A stretch of 64,000 nt of DNA from Octopus vulgaris (Eukaryota), in NCBI GenBank assembly GCA_951406725.2, contig OX597834.1:39246001-39310000 (forward strand). Direction: 5' to 3'. Every line of letters begins with the position of its first letter. Position 1 is the stretch's first letter. This document shows positions 1-12,866 of this stretch, piece by piece. The translations under genes and the position numbers were made by a program. Under the pieces are notes generated by a model. The model saw nothing but the letters and a program-made list of their open reading frames with translations. It was not told where the DNA came from and ran no database searches.

Positions 1-814
1 ATACACGTATGCATATATATCCATATATATACATATACATCCACACACACACACACATATATGTTGCGGGGCGCTCTACCTGCATCCGTTGTCTTCTTCA
101 AACTGCAACCAATAAAATGCTTGTGCTGCAGACCACTATTTCCATTGTTCGCTGATCCAGCAGCCGTCCGATTAAGGATGGGGGGCTGGGTAGTAGTAGT
201 AGTAGTAGAGTGGGTCCCGTTATGGGGCTGTCTGCCTCGACCCCCCCCCATTTCACCCCGGCATCCTTTTTTTGTTTCTTTAAACCAGTCAGCCCATAGC
301 ACGCTCGATCGCTCTCTACCTCGGGTGCACCCTTTCGCTTCCACAAACCCCTCTCTCCCTTTATCTCCCTCTACAAACTACCTCAGGCGGAGTTTGTTGA
401 CTCGGACGATGCCAACAGTAGTGGTGGTGGTAGTGGTGGTGGTGGTGGTGGTTGTGCTCGTCATTGTCATCGTCGTCGTCCTGTAGTGGAAGTAGTTGTG
501 GTGGTAGGAGATGTGACATAGCTATCAAAAATAAAAAAAGTGGGAGGAGAATGTAAAAATATCAACCAATGAGACAGCAAGAAATTTGTGACGACATTAA
601 ACTTCCCCCACCGCCATCTCTTTTGAAATTTTTGTAGAGTTTTAATGGCGACGAAGCAACGAAGAGAATAGCTTGCAGTGACCTATAACATTCTGTGTTC
701 AAATCCTATCTGAGCACACTTTCTACTTCATCCTGTAACTATGACATAAAATCAGTACCAGCTATATACTGGTACTTATATCAGTTAAATCCACACCACT
801 CAAATCTGTTACTT

Positions 815-1028
815 TATAATAATCCTTTCTACTAAAGGCACAATGCCTGAAATTTTGTGGGAAGAGGACAATCAATGACATCGACCCTAGTGTCTCAGTG
901 GTACTTGATTTATCGACCCCGAAAGGATGAAAGGGAAAGTCGACCTCGGCGGAATTTGAACTCAGAACGCAAAGACGGAAGAAATGCTGCAAAAGATTTT
1001 CAACCGGCGTGCTAACGGTTCTGCCAGC
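815..1028 (-). mobile_element. tRNA-derived SINE, family B (head GGCGGCGAGCTGGCAGAA, Meta-like central domain)
   Basis: The minus strand reads ...GTTCTGAGTTCAAATTCCGCCGAGGTCGACTTTCCCTTTCATCCTTTCGGGGTCGATAAATCAAGTACCA... The same core recurs more than 10 times in the window. Confidence 0.85.
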
Positions 1029-1160
1029 TTTTGTCTTTTATAACACTGGTTCCCAGCCTGTGGTCCGCGGACCCCTGGCGGTTCGCACAGGTAGTACTGG
1101 GGATCCGTGAACTAAATTCAAAAATTGATACATGCATACACACACACACGCACACACATT

Positions 1161-1332
1161 GCCATGATTGACCGCTAGCTACTAAAGGTTTCATTTTTTA
1201 ATTCTCTCTGTTTATTTTCTCGTGTTCCTTTCTGTTGAAGAGCATAGGCTCGAAACGTAAAAGGCTTTCTCACCTTCCCTGTATGTTGTTTACACACTTG
1301 TCTTCTCTTCCTGTTTTTGTCTTCCTATTTTT

Positions 1333-1333
<1 letters not shown>
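1161..1333 (+). mobile_element. short Penelope-pLTR-like repeat with minimal hammerhead motif (family H1)
   Basis: CTTT-CTGTTGA-A-GAGC-ATAG-GCTC-GAAAC-GTA-AAAG at 1228-1263. Homologous copies lie at 26240-26440 (-) and 45165-45330 (+). Confidence 0.7.
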
Positions 1334-1373
<40 letters not shown>

Positions 1374-1378
1374 CCAAC

Positions 1379-1437
<59 letters not shown>

Positions 1438-1602
1438 GGTCGATTCTCAGACCGGGCGTTGTGTGTGTTTATACGAGGCTAGGGGGTGGTGATCCTGCTG
1501 TACTCTTTCACCACAATGGCGGTGCCCCAGCATGGCCACAGCTCAAAAAGCTGAAACTGGAAAAACAAAAACAAAAACAAATATATATATATTAATTATA
1601 TA

Positions 1603-2118
<516 letters not shown>

Positions 2119-2639
2119 TATATACATATATATACATATACACATAAGGATAAGCATATCAAAAGAGGTGTGTGGGAAAACTCATTTAAATAAAAGGGGT
2201 CCCTGGTAGAAAAAAGGTTGGGATCCACTGCTTTGTGATCTCATTACGATTTAATTGCAAGCAAAGAAGTAGAAAGAGAAGATAAAAGGTGGGGATTAAC
2301 CAGCAAAAAATGGAAGGTGAGGGAACAACGGGCCGCACACTCTAGAACAAGTGGCGTGCTCAGCCGCGACCCGCGATCATGACCCCGATGGCGTTGCCGC
2401 GAAAAATGACCCGCGATATTCGTTACAGTAACCACTTCACTTCGCAGGTCTCGTTTCTCAGACGGTTCGCCGTTATCCCGATTTTACTGAGGAAACCGGT
2501 AGTGTGGGGTCCGAGGACAACTGAAGACTCAACTGCTGCCAACACAAACTTATTAATAATAAATGTTTCAGATTTTGACGCATGAACAGTAATCTTAGGA
2601 ATTCGGGGTATTTTTCGATAAAAATTGATCTCCACCTCT

Positions 2640-2783
2640 TCGTTGGTACTCTATTTTATTGCTCTCGGAAAAATGAAAGTCTAGAGTGACCTCGGCGGCA
2701 TTTGAACTCAGCACGCAAAGAGTCGGAAGAAAGGCCCTTAAGCATTTTGTCCGGTGCGGTAATGATTCTGTTAGGTCGCCACC
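2640..2783 (-). mobile_element. SINE family B, degenerate copy
   Basis: GTGACCTCGGCGGCATTTGAACTCAG...GTCGCCACCTT matches the family B reverse complement. Confidence 0.7.
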
Positions 2784-2859
2784 TTTGGTTTCAAATTTTG
2801 GTGAAAGGCCAGCGATTTTAGAGGAGTTAAGTTGAATATAAAGGGTCTTTATATTCTAC

Positions 2860-3049
2860 TTAAGTCCCTTCCCAAGTAACATAGATGCATAGGGCCATAT
2901 AAATTTACCCCTGGACTGGACGTCGGTCAGTCGCAGGATTACTCATTTTTGCCAGATAAATGAAACACAACGCGTTGCCTGGTCCAGGAATCGAAACCAT
3001 AATCTTTCGATCATGAGTCCAATTCCTCTAACCACCAAACCACGCACCT
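2860..3049 (-). mobile_element. tRNA-derived SINE, degenerate
   Basis: Minus-strand head AGGTGCGTGGTTTGGTGGTTAGAGG...GGTTTCGATTCCTGGACC has A/B-box-like motifs. Confidence 0.6.
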
Positions 3050-3185
3050 ACACCGATAGCAATGCGATACATATTGACGATATGGTCCCTTAGAGTAGCG
3101 TCCGGTGTGGGTTATGTTATACTCTTTTCTACAGTTTCTACTATAAGCACAAGGCCTGAAACTTTTGAGGAAGTTATGGTCGTTT

Positions 3186-3424
3186 GAAGGCGGCGAGGGG
3201 CTGGCAGAAACGTTAGCGCACCGGGCGAAATGCCTAGCGGTATTTCGTCTGCCGTTACGTTCTGAGTTCAAATTCCGTCGAGGTCGACTTTGCCTTTCAT
3301 CTTTTCGGGGTCGATTAAATAAGTACCAGTTACGCCCTGGGATCGATATAATCGACTTAATCCGTTTGTCTGTCCTTGTTTGTCCTCTCTGTGTTTAGCC
3401 CCTTGTGGGTAGTAAAGAAATAGG
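3186..3424 (+). mobile_element. young full-length SINE family B with 11-bp target-site duplication
   Basis: Head through tail (…GTAGTAAAGAAATAGG) is flanked by TATGGTCGTTT at 3175-3185 and 3425-3435. It sits inside an older antisense family B copy at about 3135-3570. Confidence 0.9.
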
Positions 3425-3572
3425 TATGGTCGTTTACATTGACCCCGATGTTCAAATGGTACTTATCTCATCGACCGCAAAAAGATCAAAGGTAATGCTG
3501 ACTTCAGCGTGATTTGAATTTAAAAAAATGAAGACGAACGAAATGCCGCTAGGCGGTTTGTCCGGTGTGCTT

Positions 3573-3612
3573 TGTGTCCTAAGGTGAGGATTGAACTCAC
3601 GACCTTCAGATT
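3573..3612 (-). pseudogene. 3' half of a tRNA-Met-like sequence
   Basis: The minus strand reads AATCTGAAGGTCGTGAGTTCAATCCTCACCTTAGGACA, resembling the anticodon-3' / T-arm / acceptor half of metazoan elongator tRNA-Met. No 5' half is present. Confidence 0.55.
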
Positions 3613-3628
3613 CTACAACATACTTTGT

Positions 3629-3965
3629 TTTGTAGTAAAGATTGTTTGCCAACATAGCAAAGCAGTCCTGGTTTAGAACTAATGTTGCTGTAGTTTAGCC
3701 CCAGGAGATGTCGTTTCCAGCTGGCTATACGACACGATCTGTGTCCTTATATTTTCGAACGAGGGAATCCAGCACCCCCACTCAGCTCAAAACAATATCT
3801 GTGTATAGTTGAGCGGGGGTGCTAGATTCCCTTGTTCTAAAATATAAGGACACAGATCATGTCGAAGAGTAAGCTGGAGACGATGTCTCCTGGGGCTAAA
3901 TTGCAGCAACATTCGTCCTAAACCAGGACTGCCATGTTATATTGGCAAACAATCTTTACTACAAA
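3629..3965. repeat. long imperfect inverted repeat (~160-bp arms, ~19-nt spacer)
   Basis: TGTAGTAAAGATTGTTTGCCAAC...CCCCCACTCAGCT pairs with AGTTGAGCGGGGG...TTGGCAAACAATCTTTACTACA. Confidence 0.85.
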
Positions 3966-4397
3966 GTACTTTTGCTGAATATCTCACGTTGTGAGATTTT
4001 AAAAATAGTAATTTTCTAATACTTCGTTGCCGTTGTTTTTGATGTGGTTTAAAGAAATACATCAGGTGTTTCCTGTCTTCGAAACAAAAAAAAAAAGTAT
4101 TTGGTGAGTCTTGGAGAAATATGTAGAGATGAATTGTTGAAGGTTAAACATGGATGTCCATGGCTCATGAAAATATAGAATTTGTGCTAAGAGCCCTTCT
4201 GTTTTATGATCAGGGAAATCTGGGGATTCATCTGGGGTTTCAGGTTCGGACCAATATGGCTGCCTCTCTAATTGGATTAACACAGTAATTTTTTTAATGT
4301 TTTTATTGTCGTCGTTGTTGTTGCTGTTGTTCACACCTGTCTTCCTATATTCGATATTAACATCCAACGTTTCATAATTTGTTCTTATAATGTCACA

Positions 4398-4472
4398 AAT
4401 CATCATCATCGTCATCATCATCGTCGTTTTCTTCGTCGTCGTTGTCATTGTCATCGTCGTCGTCATCACCAC

Positions 4473-4514
<42 letters not shown>

Positions 4515-4692
4515 TACCACCACCACGATCACGACCACCACGATCACCACGACGACGACGACCACCACCACCACCACCACCACCACCATCACCACCATCA
4601 TCATCATCATCATCATCAACATCATCATCATCATAGTCGTCATCGTCGCCTTCGTCGTCATCATCATCACCATTATCGCCATCATCGTCATC

Positions 4693-4724
<32 letters not shown>

Positions 4725-4761
4725 CATCATTACCACCACCATGATCACGACGACGACCACC

Positions 4762-4821
<60 letters not shown>

Positions 4822-4916
4822 GTCATCGTCGTCGTCGTCGTCATCATCATCATCATAATCACCACCACCGCCATTGTCGTCACCGTCATCATCACCATCA
4901 CCATCACCATCATCAT
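4398..4916. repeat. compound trinucleotide microsatellite (ATC/ACC/GTC/ACG)
   Basis: Read directly from the sequence. It explains the poly-I/T/M/V ORFs. Confidence 0.95.
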
Positions 4917-5475
4917 TCCTTTGTTATTTTGTTTCTATCTAGTGTTGTACCATATTCTGTTCTCCATTTTACAAATTTCCTTTTTCTGAAACGAAAAATC
5001 TCTTTCTGTGTCCCCTGCAAATATTTCCCCCTCAGATCAGTCCATTTTGGCCTTTGTCTTCCTTCTTTGTTTTGCTCAAGAACACATCGCATCGCCCGGG
5101 CCCGTGGAATTGTGATCGTGCGTGTAACACACTATCCACTAACGTTAAGGCCCACGAGCCTTGAGATCAGTGAACCGGAACCCAATTGAGGGACCATGTT
5201 TAGTTTGAAAGACCTGTGCTTCCATCCTTGTTTTGCCTATTACCCTGTACTTCAACACTTATAGCCCCTGAATACGTTTTATACATTTCCCCTAATACTT
5301 GAGCCTTAAACTCTGTTCGAATTAGTCCCATTGCTTTATTACTCTTGCTACCCTCTTTCTTCTGGTTAGTTCGCTCCAAATTGCTTCCCAGATCATCATG
5401 GAACAGCCGTCGGTGTTTGGTGAAATATGGATTAAGAATCTCGGCTCTCAGTGTGGTTGTTGTTGTAGTAGTAGC

Positions 5476-5547
<72 letters not shown>

Positions 5548-6375
5548 AGCTGGTTGTCGTCGTTGTCATGATCTTCATCATCATGATCAGAATTATCATC
5601 ATGATCATCGTCATCATGATCAGCATCATCATGATCATCATCATGATCATGATCATCATCACCATCATCACCATCATCATCATCGCTGTCGTCGTCATCA
5701 TCATCATCGTCACCATCACCATCGTCATTATCAGCAACATTGTTGTCATCATCATCATCGCCATGAACATCACCACCACCACCAGAACCACTGCTACCAC
5801 CACCACCACCACCACTACCACCATCATCATCATCATCATCATTATCGCCATCACCACCACCAACAACACCAGAACACTCGCTACCACCACCACCACCACC
5901 ACCTCCACCATCATCATCATCATTATCCTCCATCTCTTTTTTCGTCCACTTCACCCTCCTCATCATTGGCTTCCCTCCTCATCAGTTGCGGCAAGGGGTC
6001 GTTAGGGTCGTGACCAAGCGGCGAGTAAAATCTACCAATATAATAGTAATAATGATAGTAATAATAATAATGAGTAGGTTCAGCCTCAAAGATCAAGGTC
6101 AGTGACCTCCGTACTAGTGACCCTGTTTTTCTCTTGAAGTGAAATAGACTGTAATAACGTTTAGTAGACGGACACATGCACGCACTCACATGCATGCATG
6201 CATATGCACAACACACGTGTAAACGCACTGACGATCACACAGTACTAAATATATAAGCACTCGCAAAGGCACATGAATGCACTCATACACACATACATAC
6301 ACATATATATGGGCATACATATGTGTGTATGTGTATGTATACACGCATACACACGCACATATATGTGTGTGTTTG

Positions 6376-6426
<51 letters not shown>

Positions 6427-7274
6427 ATGTCTATGATATATATATATATATATAAATTTGTGTGTATAAATATATGCATGCATGTATGTGTGTGTATATA
6501 TGTATGTATGTATGTGCGTGTATATGTACGTATGTTTATTTATGTATGTATGTGTGTGTATATGTTTGCATGTGTATGTATGTATGTATGTGTGTATATG
6601 TATGTATGTGTGTGTATGTATGTATGTACGTACGTATGTATGTATATGTGTATACATATATATGTATGTATGTGTGTGTGTGTGTATGTACGCATGTACG
6701 TATGTATGTACGTATGTATGTATGTATGTATGTATATATGTATGTATGTATGTAGTTATATATGTAGGCAAGTATGCGTACGTGTTTATGCACGTGCACG
6801 TTCATCACTAGCACAAGTACAAGAACAACAACAACTGCTACCACTAGTAGTACTGTAACCGCCACTAGGAACAACAATTCCAGCGACAACAAGAACTAAA
6901 ACACAGAAAAATCGATCAATTTATTAAATTCAAAAGGGACGAAACCTCTTGAAATCTTTGAGGCGTAAACGAAGGTAGAAATAACCGTGGCGTTTAATGG
7001 GTGTTTAGGAAATGGCAACACACCCACCCTCGGTGGACGTCCTCCCTGGGGAGTCATCGTTTTACCGAAAGTATTTTAAAATTTACAACAACAGCAACAA
7101 CAACAAAAGCAACCACAATAAGAATAACAAAAGCAGTTTATTGTAGAAAATACAAGGAAAAACAACGACACAAACCGCTTAGAAATATAATGATTTAAAA
7201 TTAAAGGCAAAAACATTAAAATTCATTTGTAAAATGAAAATACGAAAATACATATACATATATATATATGCCTC

Positions 7275-7319
<45 letters not shown>

Positions 7320-7336
7320 GTATGTATATATATATA

Positions 7337-7372
<36 letters not shown>

Positions 7373-8324
7373 TTATTTGATTATACATTTGTATATTGTA
7401 TTTGTTTGTTTATATGCGTGAATGTTAGTGTGTGTGTGTGTGTGTGTATGAGAGAGAGAGGGGGGAGGGAGACAGAGAGAGAAAGAGAGACAGACAGACA
7501 GGAGGAGTGAGAATGGAAGAGCAAGAAAGAAAAGGAGAGAAAGTGGAGAGAAAGTCAAAAGAGGATTCTTTATGTTTGGAAAGAGAAACGATGTTCAAAA
7601 CACGTGCAACGAGAAATCTGTTAAATTGGTAAAAATGTATGTCGAATGTGAGCATGCGCAGTGAGTGGAGTCCTTCGAGGTCTTTCATACTAAGCTTGGT
7701 CACCCCATTTGGTTCCGCTACACTGATCTCAACGCGCGTGGTCCTCTTCGTTATTGGTTTGCGTGTTACATTAAAGATCACAAGATTGTGGTTTCGATTC
7801 CCGGACTGGCCTATGCGTTGTGTTCTTAAGCAAGACACTTCATTTCATGCTGCACCTATTCAATCTACTGTCAATGATTGACCCTAAAACGAGTTGGCGT
7901 TGCATTCAGGACGAATGTTTCTAATCTCAGTCAAAAATGTAGACTGGGTTGAGGGCTCTGTGAGTTTTAGAGCTCAAGATAGTACTGTTCAGAGCTCAGC
8001 CGCGCTAATCGAAAGACGATAACGTGATGCGGTTTCGATTTATTTCGCTTCACACTATTTCCCTTTGCTTCGTAATGCTTCTTCTCTGTGCTCTTGAGAA
8101 AGACATGAAGCTTTCACCGAACAGGTGCAGGCGTGGTTGAGTGGTTAAGAAGCTAGCTTCTCGAATTTGTGATCTTCGGTTTAATGGTTCTGTTTCACGG
8201 TGCGGCATATTGTGCAAGTGTCATCTACTATAACCCCGGGTCGACCAGTTGTTTGTGTATGAATCTGGTAGATTGAAACCTTGTAAGAGCCTGTCACACA
8301 CACACACACACACACATATATGAT

Positions 8325-8510
8325 TTTAAAATAGGATAAAATCTTGATAAGAATTTATTAAGTAGTTAGCATGAAAAACATCATAAGGGAAAAATGTTAT
8401 TAATTATTTTAAATATATTCATTTATATTAACGGCATTTCTATACATAAATGCCTCACGCCAAGAGGGACCTTTAAAGTCAAAACTACTGGTATGTTGAT
8501 TTTTAAATTC
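8325..8510. mobile_element. dispersed AT-rich repeat, Penelope-pLTR-like (family P3)
   Basis: TTAAAATAGGATAAAATC...CCTCACGC...TAAAGTCAAAAC is shared with 47012-47180. Confidence 0.6.
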
Positions 8511-8779
8511 ATGTTTATGTGTCGGGGTCGATTTCTTCACTAGAACACTTTAAGGTGGTGCTCCAGCATGGTCGCATTCGAATGACTGAAACAAGCAAAA
8601 AAAAAAAGACAATATATATACGACGTGCTTCCTTCAGTTTCCGTCAACCAAACCTGGCGCCCACTTGGGTCAGTACGGGATTGTAATAAAAGTCATGTTC
8701 CCCAAGGCACCGAGCTGTAGGATTGAACCCATAACCACTTAGTTGGGATCCCAGCTTCTCAACCATAGTCCATAAAATA

Positions 8780-9277
8780 GTCCATAAAATAGGATTTGAC
8801 AACGCCTCCATTTAGAGCACAGTTTAAGCTATCTTTTCGTGGAAGAAGGTTTATGTTCCTATAACCTGTGTTAATTCTGTAACCCTTTAAAATGGAAGAT
8901 AAGAATGTTCATTTTCGGCAGTTGATGCTTTGGGAACTAGATAAAAATTGCTGCAGCTCGGCTGGGATGTGTTACCCCACCCTCCATATTCACCAGATAT
9001 TGCTCCTTCGGATTTCCGCTTATTCAGGTCTCTGCAGAATAGTCTTAATGGTAAAAATTTCAATTCCTTGGATGACGTAAAAAGATACCTTGATGAATTC
9101 TTTGCCATGAAACCACCTCAATTCTGGGAAGATGGTATTTTCAAGTTAAAGGAAAGATGGAGACGCATTGTGCAACAAAATGGTTCATATTTGGTTGATT
9201 AAAAATGTAATGGCAAGCATTTATTGACCTTCTTCTTTCCTTTAAAACTCGGCACGAACTTGCCGGATAACCCAATA
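8780..9277 (+). mobile_element. internally deleted mariner element (transposase pseudogene)
   Basis: N-terminal MEDKNVHFRQLMLW (8892) is fused to C-terminal LGWDVLPHPPYSPDIAPSDFRLFRSLQN...WRRIVQQNGSYLVD (8948-9202). A 3' TIR-like end reads GGCACGAACTTGCCGGATAACCCAATA. Confidence 0.9.
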
Positions 9278-9969
9278 GATTCAACTTCGCATAAGGAACG
9301 CGGACCGATTCTTTTGAGGCGTTGTCTTTTGGGTAAAAAAGCAAAAAACAAACAAACCGAAAATCTTCTGTTTTATATGCTATTAAACAATGTATGTTCC
9401 ACAGTGATGTATAATCGATAACTGCATAAGAAATTCTTTGATAAACATTGCTATTTTGCATTCCAGTGCAGAAATCTTGTAAAAGAATTGGTTAGGATGA
9501 AGTGTACTGTAAACACCCAACATGTTTTTTACGTATGCTTCTCACTTTCAGTAGGTTGAAACTAAACATGAAAAGAAAACTGTAGCGAAGCCTCAACTAT
9601 ACAATGCTCAACAATTTCTCTGCCTTACTGCAAATCATTCCTATTTCACTCCGTTGGTCTCCCCACCCCCTAGATATTTGACGTTCACAAAATCCTATCA
9701 TATTTTTATAATTAAACGTAACTTGGAATTGTATCAAAAAGAATTGTTAAAATATTTTTGTCTATAGGCGCTGGAATGGCTGTGTGGTAAGCAGCTTGCT
9801 TTACCACACAGATGCTAACGTTTCTGCCAGCTCGCCGCCTTCTTAGTAGCTAATTATTAGGTGTCTATTGGTTGATAATTAATTTACTATTAATTTACTA
9901 AAGTGACCAATTTTGGGAGATAACTAATGAATTTTGATAAATTGTTCTTTTGTATTTTTTGTTTCGTGT

Positions 9970-10165
9970 TTTAATTGTTTCGGTCATTAAATTGAGGCCA
10001 TGCTGGGGCACCGCATTCAAAAACTTTAGTCGAATGAATCGACCCCACCATTTATTATTTTTTTTCCAGCCTGGTACTTATTCTATCGGTCACTTTTGCC
10101 GAACCGCTAATGTTACGGGGACGTAAACACACCTGCCCCGGTTGTCAAGCAGTGACAAGAGGGAG

Positions 10166-10218
<53 letters not shown>

Positions 10219-10372
10219 CAACAGGCTTCTTTCAGTTTCCGTCTAACGAATCCACTCACAAGACTTTAGCCGGCCGGAAGCTACAGTAAAAGACGCTTGC
10301 CAAAGATGCCATGTAGTGGGACCGAACCCGGGGTCATGTGGTTGGGAAGCAAACGTCTTACCACGCAGCCAA
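9970..10372 (-). mobile_element. tRNA-derived SINE family A (internal TA/CA microsatellite)
   Basis: Reverse complement of the family A copy at 29450-29852, including head, internal microsatellite and tail. Confidence 0.85.
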
Positions 10373-10500
10373 GTCACCATTTTGTTAATATTTTGCTAAT
10401 TAGGTAGCTAATATTTAACTATTAACTATTTGTTTAGTTATTAGTTAACTCTTAGTTATTGTTGTGCCATTATCCAGTTACTATCAAGCTACATATCTGG

Positions 10501-10805
10501 TACTCCGTCTGTTACGACGACGAGTGTTGCAACGGAACAGCTTGCTCGTGAAATGAACGTGCAAGTGGCTGAGCAATCCGCAGTAAACGTGTACCTTTAA
10601 CGTAGTTCGCAGGGAAATTGGGCGTGGCACAGAGTGTGACAAGGCTAGACCTTTTAATTACAGGTACTACTCATGTTTGCCAGCTGAGTGGACTGAAGGA
10701 ACGTGAAAAAATGTGTCTTGCTCAAGGACATAACGCGTTGCTGGGAATTGAATTCACGACCTTACGATCGGGAGCCAAATGCCCTAACCACAAAGCCACG
10801 CGCCT
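10501..10805 (-). mobile_element. tRNA-derived SINE family C
   Basis: Reverse complement of 32746-33059 (GTGTCCTTGAGCAAGACAC...CAGTCCACTCAGCTGG domain). Confidence 0.85.
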
Positions 10806-10919
10806 TCACACTATCAAGCTAGTTAGTAACTGTTTGTTAGTTATTGATAAACACTTTGTAATTGTTTTGTTATTTCTTTACTATTTATTTTAATATTCAT
10901 TAATTACAAGACAACAACT

Positions 10920-11183
10920 TGCTTGGCTGTATAGTAAGAAATGTTTTCCTCAAATACATGGTTCTGGGTTCAGTCCCACTGCGTGGCACCTTCGGGCAAG
11001 TGTCTTCTACTATATCTTCGGATCGTCCAAAGCCTCATGAGTGGATTTGTCAAACGGAAACTGAAATAAGCCCGTTATATGCGCGGGGCATAAGTCCTGG
11101 GGTCGATTTGCTCGACTAAAAGCGGTGCTCCAGCATGGCCACAGTCAAATGACTGAAACAAGTAAAAGAGTAAAGAGTAAAGA
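10920..11183 (+). mobile_element. SINE family A, internally deleted
   Basis: Contains GGTTCAGTCCCACTGCGTGGCACC and the tail GGTGCTCCAGCATGGCCACAGTCAAATGACTGAAACAAG. Confidence 0.85.
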
Positions 11184-11470
11184 GTATATATATATATATA
11201 TATATATGTATTCCAAATATGAACTGGTATTGAAAGAAAAGCAGGTACAGGAACAATTGTACGTGCTCATTAAAGGTGTATTAAAGTCTTTATTTGTGTT
11301 CTCATTCGGATTTTATTTTGGTCTTCGCCAAACCCACACGAGGGCTTTTGCCGTCGTGGAACCAGGATTTTCTATTTGACTGTAATCCGACAGTGTGGAT
11401 AATCTAACGCCCGGGTTTGAGTTGTGCATTGGAAATATCCTATCTTTCTACCCTACCAGGACCTCAACTC

Positions 11471-11858
11471 TCTATATATAAAGCTGAAGTTGTGTGTGTA
11501 TGGCAGGTTTGGTAGCTTTCAACTAAAACTATCTCCTCCGAGACCCTGCGGCGCAAGTTGACCAAAATTGAGAGTATGATAGAAGAAGGCTTGCTCTTCC
11601 GTCCGTAGAAGAAAAAATTCAAATCGGACCATGTTAACACCAAATATTATTTACATAAAAAAGGTGCTTTTTTTTCTATGAAAATCCCTTTTTTTACGAT
11701 TTTTTGACCACTGTGTCGCCAGTTTTCGGTGTATTTCAACCAGAAAAATGTTCACTTAAAGAGAATAATAAGCTACATAATGCAAAATTTTTACTTTTCA
11801 AAAATTCCAATTCTGAAGGGTCGAAACAAACCCGAGCAATGCCGGGCGATACTGCTAG
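11471..11858 (+). mobile_element. non-autonomous Helitron
   Basis: 5' end TCTATATATAAAG, subterminal GC hairpin CCCGAGCAATGCCGGG (11831-11846), and 3' CTAG followed by T. No TIR or TSD. Confidence 0.75.
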
Positions 11859-12138
11859 TATATATATAAATATATATATGTGCCCGCGTAAGTGTGTGGA
11901 TATGTGTATGTATATGTATGTGAGGTGTGTATGTGTGTGTGTGTGTATGTGTGTCAGTGTCTGTGTATGTACGAACGTGTTAGACGTTGAGGCCTTGATT
12001 TTCAAATATTCATCAGAAATTACCATCTTCGAAACATATTCAGGTCCCTTTCACTTTGATGTAGTTGCTGTTCGTAGTACCGCATAGGTTTAGTATATCT
12101 GTATGCACGTGTGTGTGTGTGTGTTGTGTGTGTGTTAG

Positions 12139-12171
<33 letters not shown>

Positions 12172-12188
12172 TTATGTATGTATATATG

Positions 12189-12258
<70 letters not shown>

Positions 12259-12350
12259 CATAATCACTACATCTGAAGCGATATTCTTGGGCAAATATGG
12301 ATATATATGTAAACACACATTTATATGTATGTATATATGTATGTGCATAA

Positions 12351-12403
<53 letters not shown>

Positions 12404-12413
12404 TATGTATGTG

Positions 12414-12451
<38 letters not shown>

Positions 12452-12834
12452 ATAAAATATATAATTTTTTCTGTATTGATATAAGATAATATATATATAT
12501 ACATGCATGTAAATATATGAATATTATAATATATATATATATATACATGTAGATACATATATATATATCTATAATCATACATGTCTATCTATATGTGTGT
12601 ATAAAGGCATGTATGTGTTTATATGTATGTATGTATGTATGTATATATGTATGCATGTGTATATATATGTATATATACATTTATATATATGTATATGCAT
12701 GTGTATATGTATATGTATGTATGTATGTACGCATTATATTCTTACGCAACATAGTCGTGAACGCACTCACACATACTGATACACGCTTACGTACATGTGT
12801 GTCTACAGCAAAAGAACTACACACGGACGCACGC

Positions 12835-12866
<32 letters not shown>

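Noticed and set aside
2330-2520. CpG-rich patch as promoter or exon
   Set aside because: It is under 200 bp with no recognisable ORF, splice pattern or motif cluster, so it is left unassigned.
5345-6013. His-rich 222-aa ORF
   Set aside because: It derives from (TAG)n/(CAT)n/(CAC)n repeats with no splice or domain support.
11812-11828. CTGAAGGGTCGAAAC hammerhead-like string in the Helitron
   Set aside because: No stem II, no stem I partner and no cleavage triplet.
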